Shown here: piece by piece, positions 52,593 to 64,000 of the stretch
How positions within the stretch are numbered: the stretch's first letter is position 1
Layout: the number at the start of each line of letters is the position of its first letter
NCBI GenBank assembly: GCA_012295275.1
Contig: CM022669.1
Coordinates: 10,230,001-10,294,000 of the forward strand
Source of the DNA: Chrysomallon squamiferum
Taxonomy: Eukaryota > Animalia > Mollusca
DNA length: 64,000 nt
Reading direction: 5' to 3'
The notes under the pieces: model-generated
The model's database searches: none
Told to the model about the DNA's origin: nothing
Seen by the model: only the letters and a program-made list of their open reading frames with translations
Position numbers and translations under genes: made by a program

Positions 52593-53380
52593 AAGAAAGT
52601 GATGAGGGAAGACGTAAGTTGATGTGGATGTAAATCGGGAATGACTTGGTCAACACCAAATACACTCAGACTGTTGGGCGTGCATGTCAAATCTGTCACT
52701 TAGCATGGCTAAGCATGTGTGCCGTGTACATTTGAACAAGACAGTCAGACACACACCAACACACTGTTTGTATTCTGGTGAGATGTTTTCTCTTGGCAAA
52801 CCAACTCCCACTACACAATGCACACAGTTTAACTCTATTGCAATTACGTTTGATTTCGGGAACCAATTTGTCTTCTTTTCGTTGTTATTCTATGTCATGT
52901 TTATTTTCTTTTTTTCACGCATTCACGCGTGTTGTTATTTTTTCGTTGTGTGTTTTCGTATGCGTATTACTTTTAAAATGTTTCGTTTCATTCGAAATAA
53001 GTCATTTTATTAAATCTTGTTGGTGTTACCTGTGAGATTTCATGTCACTGATTTATAAGACAATGAAGATTGATGTTCATTCTGTGATTACTCAAGGTGA
53101 GGAAAAGGTGAGATTTCTCAGTGCTCTTGTACTAAATATTTACCTAAAATGCTTTATTTTTATTTATTATTATTAATTTTTTAATGTTATTTACTTATGT
53201 ATACTGATTGTATAAATTTACCATTTAACATAGTGTGTTATATTATCTGAATGTTTATAATAATTTCATAGAAAATATTCTGTTATTGAATCTGAAAAGT
53301 AATTAATAGTTCAAATTTTATAATCACCTGTATCCAGATAATTTTGTATCCAGATAATTTTAACATACATAACACAACAT

Positions 53381-53833
53381 ACAAAACACAAATACACATG
53401 CATACACACAAACACATACACATAGACAAACACATAATACATATACAAACACACAACTTGTATACAAAACACAAATACACATGCATACACACACACACAC
53501 ACATAGACAAACACATAATACATATACAAACACACAACTTGTATACAAAACACAAATACACATGTATACACACACACACACACACATAGACAAACACATA
53601 ATACATATACAAACACACAACTTGTATACAAAACACAAAGAAACATTCATAAAATACAAAATATATACAAAAATAAATACAATGCATACACACACACATA
53701 TACATAGACAAACACATAATGTATACAAACACACAACTTGTTCACATGTATACACACACACACACACACACATATACATACATATGAAGAAACATTCACA
53801 CTTGTTCACATGCACACACACACACACACACAG

Positions 53834-53870
<37 letters not shown>
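53381..53870. repeat. Tandem repeat of about 82 bp built on CA microsatellite
   Basis: Units start at about 53381, 53464, 53545 and 53628 (acaaaacacaaatacacatg...catagacaaacacataatacatatacaaacacacaacttgtat), then decay into (CA)n. Confidence 0.85.
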
Positions 53871-53873
<3 letters not shown>

Positions 53874-54273
53874 ACTGAAATGCTGAAAATTTACTATTCA
53901 TATATTGTAACTGTTTATCATTAACAAGTACACAAATAAACACAGCAATAAATAACAGCTGTGAGAAAGAAAAAATATTAAAAAAAATATAAAAAAAAAT
54001 AACAATAAATCCGACACATACTAGACAGTACTTTCCTCATAACAAAATAACAGTCACATCAATGTTTGTGACTCCTGCCATACTGACATTTATGGCCATC
54101 ATTTGACATGTTTTTATGAGGTGTAGCTTCACAAAAACCACTCCTTTCATCATAAAACAATCCTAAAAATCAAACCAAACGTCACTAGACTCATATTCCT
54201 ACTCCATGACAAGTAAAATCTGAATGGCTTCAAGCTAAATACTAGTTTCAATGTCAGCTTCTTCTTCTTCTTT

Positions 54274-54304
<31 letters not shown>

Positions 54305-55069
54305 CATTTTTTTTGCTTCTGAGTGCTGTCCAATTTAGCTTAATGGCATCTTCCATAGTTTGAACTCACTTTTCTTGATTGATCTAAATTGGGTCATTCC
54401 TTTTTTTTTTTTTGCTGTCTTTTTTAATCATGCAAGTGCTTGACCATCAAAATTATTTATAATAGCTGGGATTTGATGTGTGTGTGTCTGCTGGTGTCAC
54501 CAGGTGCAGATTCGGGGTGGAGTTTGTTGAAGAAGATTAATGTGGTTAAAAAAAAACATATTTCCTTAAATATTGCATTATTAGAATGGCTGATTCAGAA
54601 ATATGTTTAATGTGTGTGTGTGTGTGTGTGTGTGCATGCTTCTATCTGTGTTAAAATTTTTTTTATCCATCCATGTTTATATTTGTGCATTGATTAATGT
54701 GTTCACTCATCATTACTCAGCTGTCTATACAACCATCCAGCTATCTGTCCTTTCATCCAACCATCTCTCTATGCATCTAGCCTATAACATGTTCAATGTA
54801 ATGTATGATGTAACTTACCTGAGTTCTTTTTAGTTTAAATTATTTCAAGAGAATGATAGAGATGAGAAAGAGAAGGAGAGAGATGCAGAGAGCAAAAGAC
54901 AGAAAGAAAGAGAGAGATGGAGAGAGATGCAGAGAGCAAAAGACAGAAAGAAAGAGAGAGAAACAGAAGAATGAAAAGGAAGGCAAGAGAAAGAAAGAAA
55001 ATTGTAGAATGGAGAGTGAAAACAAGAATATGGTTGAGAAATATGGAGATTCATAGTGGGATAATGGGA

Positions 55070-55392
55070 AGGCAGAAAACACTAGAAAAGAAAAATGCTG
55101 GATATTTCAGAAGATATGATCAAGGGATATAGAAGAAAAATAAAATGGTGAATGTTACAGAGGATATGATTTAAGAAACTGAGTTAAGGGGTATAGTAGA
55201 AAAATATAATGGTGAATATTACTGGGGTTATGATTTAAGGAATTCAGTTAAGGATATAGTAGAAAAATAAAATGGTGGACATTACAGGCAATGTGATTTA
55301 AGGGTCTGAATGAAGGGGTAGAGTAGAAAAGTATAATGGTGAAGGTTACAAGGCATATTATATAAGGTGAATAAAGGAGTAGAGTAGAAAAG
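55070..55392. repeat. Degenerate tandem repeat of about 60-65 bp
   Basis: Recurrent tagtagaaaaataaaatggtgaa..ttac.g...tatgatttaag motif. Confidence 0.7.
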
Positions 55393-55901
55393 GGTGACAT
55401 GGCAGCAGGGTGACTGAGAAAAAATCAAAGATAAAAATCCATCAGATAGGTAAATGTAATTAAGGAAGGAAGAAGTTGGAAAATGGTAGAAACTGTATGA
55501 TAAGCATTACAAGCCTCCAGCCAGGGAAGCCAAGAACTTGATGCAAAAATAACCTCATCTTGAGACAAGGGGATGGTTCCTTGCTCTGAGCTACTTCCCT
55601 GACTGCTCTATTGTTCTTCTTTCTGCAGTGTAAACACTACTTATGTACTGACTACTTACCATTTGTTTATTATGATTGCGTCAGGAATAATTTGACATTT
55701 AGAGAAAAAAAAATATAGAAAGAAATAAATAAGCGGATATTGTTTCAAAATTTTGTAAACAGGTATTATCAAAATAATCAGAATTATGATTAATAACAGT
55801 TGTTTTACTAGTAGTATTATTCTGTTTTAAATAATAACATATATATCAAAAGAGAATTTAAAAATAATAATAATAATAATTATTATTATTATTATTATTA
55901 C

Positions 55902-55936
<35 letters not shown>

Positions 55937-57189
55937 GTTAAGAAAAGAAACAAAAGCAAAAAACACAGCAAAAAAACCCCAAACAAACAAAGAAACAAAT
56001 AAACAAAACAAATAAATACAAAAATAAAATCATGTATCACTGACAAAAATATTTTCAAAAGAATATTATTTCTAAATTAATAACAACAACAATGACAACA
56101 GTAACAAACCCCAAAATCCCAGAACCTAATATTAAATTTAAGAGTTACAAACAGAACATTCCATTTTTATTTCTTTTAACTAACAATAAATGAAATGTTC
56201 AATAATTTTATTTCAAAAATATCTAAATATTATTTAAAAAAAATTAATAATATATTTTACATTATGAATAAATACGCAGGTTTGTGATCATCAGCTTTTA
56301 CCAGTGTGTGTGTGCTTTGTTTTATTATTATAACCCACGTGTTCTACGAATGTATTTAATTTCTTACATCCTTGTTATGTCTTCACAAACACTTATCAAA
56401 TGAATTTACAGAATGCATTTAAAATAAAAATGAAAATATAAACCTGGAGTTAGAATAATCAGAATATTGTTGCCTTTTTTCCTTCTCCATGCATGTGTTA
56501 GTACCAGATGTCTTCATCAACTGTTTCAAATACATGTACAAGTACACTGGTTTTTTGTCAATAATTAGTCTTCATGTTGTATTGAATATAAGTTCATGTA
56601 CACTGTGATTTTTGTGGGTAATTAGTTTCTTTCTTGGCTTTTTTTCTGTTGCTTTTTTTTTTGTTTTTTTTGTTGTTGTTGCGAAATGCACTTTTTTCCT
56701 GTTCCAAACACATGTGAATACTAGATTGGTGCCAAATATGTCATCTGCTTTACAAGTCTTGTATAAAGAATTGAACAGGTTAACTCATAACTTACATTTT
56801 TGTTTGACATTCTTTGAGGTTCAGGTTCTCTGAATTATATGAATTGTCAGGAGTTTGAATTTACCTCACAGAAACATCAAAATAAAATAGGTTAGTACAT
56901 ACCATGCATTATATTTTATTTAAAAAAAGAAATCACATTTGTATATGATTATCATTGTTGTGTTAGCTAACATTGTCTGAGCAGTTTAGATCATGTTAGA
57001 ACATACCACAGAATTTCATAGAAAAACCTTCAGTTAAAATAGGTTAAGCACATTACATGGAATATGAATTACTTAAAAATGAAAAAAAAAATAAAAAAAA
57101 TCCAACTCTTCCAGGTTTCTATATAATTATCTCACCAAATTAGGTTATGTTAGTACATATCACAAATTTATTTTTGTAAATAATAGAGC

Positions 57190-57410
57190 AATGCCATACT
57201 AATTCAGATTAGTATATGCCATACATTTTGACATAGCAACCATACAGAAATACCATACTAAATCACTTTAGTATATAACCATACAGTTTGACATAGCAGC
57301 GACAGAGAACTGTCAAACTAAACCAGGTAAAATACATACCATATATTTTTGACATAGCAACCGTATGGAAATACCACACTAAACCATATTACCACATACC
57401 ACATGTTTTT
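57190..57410. repeat. Degenerate tandem repeat of about 59 bp
   Basis: Recurrent accatacattttgacatagcaac...gaaataccatactaaa motif, about four copies. Confidence 0.7.
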
Positions 57411-57589
57411 GCTACATCTTCTGTATCCAAAATCAAAGCAAGTTAAGATAGACCATGAGATTAAACTTTCAAAAAAACCCTCTTTCTACAGCAATCCCAA
57501 ACGCCCCCCGCCACTGATAAAAACCACTGATGTTACATAATAGTCGGAGACTGAAAGCTTTTATTACAAAGTTTTTTTTTTGCTGAGGT

Positions 57590-57875
57590 GAGAGTCGTTT
57601 TACGTCATCAGATGGCGTCATTCCCGGTAACATGAAATCATCGCAGAATCTCACGTTTCTTACTCTGTGACGTTAATTAATTTCCACGGCGACGAATGAC
57701 GTCCATTTTGAATTCAATATCTCTTATACTTTTGCAACACTGATTACCAAATTACATCCAGCGCTTGTTAAGAATGACCCAGAAAGTCGGTCTTACCAAG
57801 CGGTCGTGTAATTTGACCTCTGGTTCTAATTGACCTCTTATGGTTAAAATGTTTCGGGTCATGGTGACCCCCCTG
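57590..57875. promoter_or_regulatory. CpG-rich enhancer-like island with CRE-like sites and a perfect ERE-type palindrome
   Basis: TTACGTCA, TGACGTTA and TGACGTCC; TGACCT at 57814 and 57831; GGGTCA-TGG-TGACCC at 57856-57870. Confidence 0.45.
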
Positions 57876-58272
57876 CTGTTGTTGTTGTTCATTCACTCTG
57901 TGCCTGTAATATGATCTGTGAAGTGATACTTTTTCAGCTCAGCTGATATTAGTCACACTAATAGTTGACTATGGGTAATTTGTTATCCTTTTTTGTGTTT
58001 TTCTTTTTTGACTCAGCTTTCTTTTAAATGTACACTTCACCCTGATGATTTTTTTTGTGTTACGTAATTTCTTTTTTATATGTGTGGAAAATGATACTTA
58101 TCTATCGGTAAGTCATCTCAAGTTTTTATTTATTTATGTTTTTAATAGTCATTGTATAGTGTTTGGGTGTGTATGTGAGTTTATGTGTTTAATATGGCAT
58201 TTGTGAGTTTATGTTTCCATCTGTGTATGAGGGAGGGTGTATCTATGCATGTATATATGCATGTATGTTGTA

Positions 58273-58305
<33 letters not shown>

Positions 58306-58544
58306 ATCTTTGTGTGTTATGAATACATGTAGAAATGTTAATATAAATTAATTAGTTTCTATTCCAAATAATGCTTGAGCTTTTTGTAAAAAGAAAAAAA
58401 CAAGAAATCTACCATCATCAGAACTATGTTGTAGAAGATAAGACTATTTTATTTATTAATATATCCTTCACATTTATATATATCTATTATAAACATTACA
58501 TTGAACATATAAAGAAATAGAGGAACCAATACACTTCTTTTTTT

Positions 58545-58740
58545 CAATAAGCAACACCAGATCTTTTTTACACCCCATCCCAAAACAGAATAGCACAAAC
58601 CATAGCCTTTGATAAAAAAAAAAAAGAAAAGGAAAAAAAAGAAGAAGAAGAAAACTACTTGATTGGGGAAATAATTAAGAGGATGCTAAAAAAAGAATTG
58701 ATCCTGCAATAACTGATGCCTTGGCCACTATGCTAACCAC
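58545..58740. mobile_element. Degenerate SINE-like interspersed repeat fragment
   Basis: agcaacaccagatctttttacaccccatcccaaaacagaatagcacaaaccatagcctttgata..., interrupted by an A-rich expansion; related to the fragment at about 17.5 kb. Confidence 0.3.
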
Positions 58741-59547
58741 AGAACCAATATGTATCATAAGTTCTGTGACACAATGATAAAAAGATTACAAATTTTCAGT
58801 AAAGGAAATAGTTTATAAAATACAACAACCCAGTTTCTCTTTAATGTGTTAGATTTAAATAAGAAAATCTCAGTAATTATTAAAGTGAAAATTGGACAAA
58901 AATAACTTTTTAAAAATATCCTGTGTTTTATTTAAAAGGCATCTGTCTGTTATCTAGAAGGAAAAAAAAAAGAAGTTTTTCTTCATTGTGTTTCTGTGAT
59001 TACATTCATCTTCAGCTTTATATTAAAAAAAAAAATTAAAAATTAAATTTATAATGAAAAATGAAAATAATTTTTTAAAAGTTCTTCTTTAATCTGTGTT
59101 TGACATTTGTTAAGTTTAATCTTAAGTAGCTGATTTTGAAAAAATTGTTCTTTAATTAAATACTTTTTTCATTTTTTGTTTTAATTACTTTTGTTGTTCT
59201 TGTTCTTTTTCCTCTTATTGTTATTGTTATTTTTATATTAATTGTTATTGTTGTTATTATTTTTATTATTTTTGATACTGCTGTTATTATTATTATTATT
59301 ATTTTTATTTTTTTTAGTTATTTTGACATTTTTTTTTTTTTTTATGTACATATTTTTATTTATAAAAAATATGTTCTGATCTTTAAACAAGATCTTATGG
59401 GTTTATACATTTATAAATATGTGTCCTTTATTCTAGAATTAAATGTAAGTTAGATACATTTTTACATTTTAAGAAGTAATTTGTAATAAATCAGTGGAAA
59501 AAGTTATGCATTTTTATATAAGTTTGTATATCAAATTTGTTTCTGTG

Positions 59548-59585
<38 letters not shown>

Positions 59586-60190
59586 TGTAAAATTAACCTT
59601 TATGTATAATTTATGATAATATTTGTATAATGTGGTCAAAACTCAACCTGTTGTAATCATTTGCTCTTGTTTGCCATTTCAACCTTTTCTCCAATTTCTC
59701 CAGAATCTTTTTTCTTTTTTTCTTTTTCTAAATCAATGTTACACAGCTTCTTCAACAGGCTTTAACACACTTGAATTACCGTTACAGAAATAATTTAAAC
59801 ACTTGCATTAGTCTCTTTCATTATTCTGCCTTTAGAAAACAAAATTAGTTGTTAAAAATTAAAACTGTTTTATTGTTGGTGGAAGAATGGATGAAGTGTG
59901 TTGGAACGGGACATTTTTTTTTGGTTTGTTTGCAAACAAGCTGTATATCAACCTGTGAGATAAATCATGTATGTGTGTCTTTGTTATGTAAGTCGTATAA
60001 GAGATGAACAGTTGTTTGGTCTCTCTGTAGGTTGTATTAATAATGGATTTGTTTATTGTGTGTATTCATCTAATGGTTTTACAACATTTATTTTTATTTT
60101 ACTCAGCTGACAAACAACATGTCTGAACATTATCATTGCTGAGTACAGTTCTTTGGTACATAAAGGTTTTCCAAATATCCTTTTCTTTGT

Positions 60191-60222
<32 letters not shown>

Positions 60223-60944
60223 GACACACACTCATACAGAACTTGTTTCCCTAGTCCTATTAGTCACTTTGGAGTTGCGTACATACAAAAATGCATGCAT
60301 TGCTAAGCATGTCAATATATTCACAAATCAGTCATACATATATAGCTAATATACCACACACACACAAATATACATATTCATAGATAAAACACAGACATGC
60401 AGACATCATCCACAAACAGATACATACAAACATACATACATACATATATATCTGTCATTAACTAATTTAATCTTTAAAAAACCCCAAAGTAAATGAAACA
60501 TAATTTATCAAGGTAAATGACAGTTTTGAAACACACATACGTGTATGCATGCACAAACATAGAGACACACACACATTCACATATACACACATCATATACA
60601 TTCACACATCATACACATTCACACACCCACATTCACATATACATTCATACATCATACACATTCACACACACACATACATACATATACATACATATACATA
60701 CACATACATGCATGCAAACATACATACATACTTACACATGTATGCATACGCAAACATACATAAACAAGCATACATACATACATACATATATATACAGATA
60801 TACAAACATACATGCATAAATACAAACATTCACATATACATGCAAACATACATAATAATATACATCCATACAAACATACACACAACCACATTGATTTATG
60901 AAGAGGTGTATGTATTAATTTCAAGATTTACATACTGGCTCTAG

Positions 60945-61562
60945 TGTTTGTCTCAGATCCTGTGTGACAGCCTGAATGTGGGAAGGGGGGGGGAATGTGA
61001 GGCCAGCAGGAAACATGGCATCGTCGCCGCCATGTCCTCGCAGGAGGATGTACACAGCGGCAGATGGCACGACGTGGTGACGTAATGTCGACAAGCTGCG
61101 GTAGCCGTTGCCAAACCACACACAATGGGATGTGCTGGAATCTTCAAACTGATAACCATTCCTCATGCTAATTTTAGCCGTCAACCATCTGCTGGGAGTG
61201 AGCGAGTGTCGATGATTGTTACTTCAGAGGCACACTCCACCACTGTGGTCATCCCTCCAGACGTTTGTCAAACTGACCGAGCCATTGTCCATCACCCGCG
61301 ATCACCATTACGCGCCCGACTTGGTCACCCTTCAGTTGTCTTGCCTCTGATGACCACACCTTTGTTGTCCTAAATACGCTGTTGGCCAATAATGCTTTGT
61401 CAGGTGAGAAGCGCATCACAGTGTGTTACCTGGCCCAGGTGAGAGTCCAACACAAACATGCCGATTCCAGGTGTCAAACCCACGTCCTTCATGCTTCACA
61501 CTCTTTGATCGTTTAGGATTGTGTTGAATCGTTTACAAAACAGTTTTCTTCTTTATGTACAG
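60945..61562 (+). promoter_or_regulatory. GC/CpG-rich island ending in a splice donor; candidate alternative promoter or non-coding exon
   Basis: About 600 bp of markedly GC-richer complex sequence, with three CAGGTG E-boxes within about 75 bp (about 61401, 61436, 61468) and a donor CAG|gtaatg at 61562/61563. The short ORFs in all frames are unrecognisable. Confidence 0.4.
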
Positions 61563-62653
61563 GTAATGCTCTGTTGTTTTTCTTTTTTCTTTTTTTTTTT
61601 TTTTTTTTTTGTCTGCGGTTTTAGTTTTTAATGGAAGCATAAATAATATTTTGTTTTTATGTTGTTGTTGTTTTTATTCTAGCATTATTTTATTGTTTTT
61701 AATTTTTATTTATTTTTTTAATTTTTAATTTTTTTTAATAGACATTATTTTTAAATTTATTTAAATATTTATTTATTTATTTATTTATTTATTTATTTTG
61801 TGTTGATGTTTTGTAATGCTGTGAAAAATCTTGATATAATTAATGAAATTTTTTTTTTTTTTTAATGAAGTATAATTATGTATCACTAAGTTTTATATTA
61901 ATCTTGACCTATGTAATACTAACAGTAATACTGAGTTTTTGTTTTTAATTTTTAAAATTAATAGTATGTTTCAAATTAGACATAATTAACACTATGTAGT
62001 TTTTGTTTTGTTATTTTATTTTATTACTTTTTCCTCTTTTAAATTTATGCATAAGAAATATTTGGCTTATAAATTAATCTTAAATAATTTATGCTGACTT
62101 TTATTTTCACTATCTACATGATATAATTTAATTTTTTTTTTCTTTTAATTTAAAGGATATTTCATTTAAAACATGATATAAAGTGGGTCATTTATATATA
62201 TATCTCAATAAAAAATAGAATTCATTTATTATTAAGATATCAGATACCTATAACCACAGATTAATAGCTTTTGTATGTGTGAGTATGTTTTAACACTTTC
62301 TGTTGACAATATAATTCCTTCTCCATACAAATTTATCTATTTATTTTAATTTTGTAAAGTCAGTCTCACATTGTGTTTATCAGTGTAGTATAATCAGATT
62401 TCTCTCTCTCTATAAACATATTTATACAGTCTACAAAGCAAAGACAAGATGAAAAATAGAGTGATGCAGAAACTGATGGATCTCTCTGTTTCAAAAATAT
62501 CCTCCAAAACAAACAAAATAAAATATCTATGGTATAAACTGCAACATATGTAAGAATCCGTTTTTCAAAACTGTCATTTACCTTGATAAATTATCTTTCA
62601 CTTAGTGTTTTTTTTTGTTTTTTTTTAAAGATTAAATTAGTTAATGACAGATA

Positions 62654-62711
<58 letters not shown>

Positions 62712-62885
62712 TACACAGATAGATAGATATATTTCTGGGTCGGGAAATGAGTTCAAAAATAAACACTTGAAAAAGCTATTAATCCATATTTATAGGTATC
62801 TGATATCTTAATAATAAATGAATTCTATTTTGTACTTATATATGTATATATATATAGACGGATAGATAGATAGATAGATAGATAG

Positions 62886-62928
<43 letters not shown>

Positions 62929-63095
62929 TAGGAAATCATATTTGCAGTTAATATTTGCATTCTTGTGAGTGTACATGCATGTTGGTTCTTAAATATATCA
63001 GTCATTAAAATGTTTACAGCTATTTTTATGTTTTAGACTCTATTTATATTACAAATCTTTGTATATTTTTATTTATATGTATATGCATCTGTGTT

Positions 63096-63140
<45 letters not shown>

Positions 63141-63576
63141 GATCAGTACAAGTATGTAAATTTGTATGTATCATTTAAAAAAAAAAAAGTTTAATGTATT
63201 TTTATCTCCCTACATTAGTGTGTAAACATTTGTGTTTTATTTATTTCTCTGTGTTTGCATTTATTATCAATATCTCGATCTTCAAATACAGATATACCTC
63301 TTAATTCCTGTCAAATGAGATTTGAGTGAATACACTCTATTTACAGCATAGTTTAATGTGGTTTACTCTGGAACTGTGGCATAAAAACCTCAGGTTTATC
63401 TGTCTGCAATCTTTGATTTATGTCCTGTTCTGTCTAAATTATTAAATGTATTGGACCTTTCTTAATAAGTCATGATAGCTGTCAAAAATCAATTGAAGTT
63501 TATAATAATGATACCATTAGTGTTTTCTTTACACACACACACATACACACACACATACAAGCATACACATCTGTAA

Positions 63577-63625
<49 letters not shown>

Positions 63626-63957
63626 TTGTGTTTGTTTTAGTTAATAGTGGAGTTTATCTGAAGTGACATACTTGCTCTTTCAAATTTTATTTATATTACA
63701 TTTTTTATAAATATGTATGTATGTATTTATATATTGTTAGATTTTTTTTTTTGTTCTTTATTTTTGTTGGTTTTTTTTTTTTTTTTCTAATTTATTTTAA
63801 TTTAGTTTTACTGTTCTTATATCAATTTATTTTATTTCATGTTCTTTTTGGTGAGTGGTGGTGATGGGGGGGTCAGAAAATTGCATACCCTTTTTTATTA
63901 ACTCATATCTCAGACATGTAATAACAAAATATACAGAAATACAGTGTTTCATCCCAA

Positions 63958-64000
<43 letters not shown>

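Overview
This is eukaryotic (metazoan) genomic DNA, very AT-rich and dense in microsatellites. Its overall character suggests an invertebrate, possibly a mollusc, but that is inference only. Almost all entries in the ORF track are microsatellite artefacts. Two spliced protein-coding genes can be rebuilt by hand. (1) A six-exon PDE12 gene (2',5'-phosphodiesterase 12, EEP/CCR4 family) lies on the minus strand at 6581->797, about 595 aa. It has a single +1 frameshift in exon 1 (one extra A at about 6062-6063) but is otherwise intact. (2) A divergently oriented gene on the plus strand (13290->21838, about 237 aa) encodes a probably secreted Spaetzle/neurotrophin-type cystine-knot protein. Its cysteine arrangement is atypical, and its probable first exon contributes only the ATG. 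From about 22 kb to the end I find no convincing coding exon. That region holds a promoter-like CpG-retaining block with a splice donor (29.4-30.5 kb), several CpG-rich islands with CRE, ERE/nuclear-receptor and E-box motifs, minisatellites and transposon remnants. It is best read as the 5' non-coding exon(s) and long first intron of a third, unidentified gene. A clean TA-flanked MITE sits in intron 2 of the Spaetzle-like gene. I see no CRISPR array, rRNA, tRNA or prokaryotic system.
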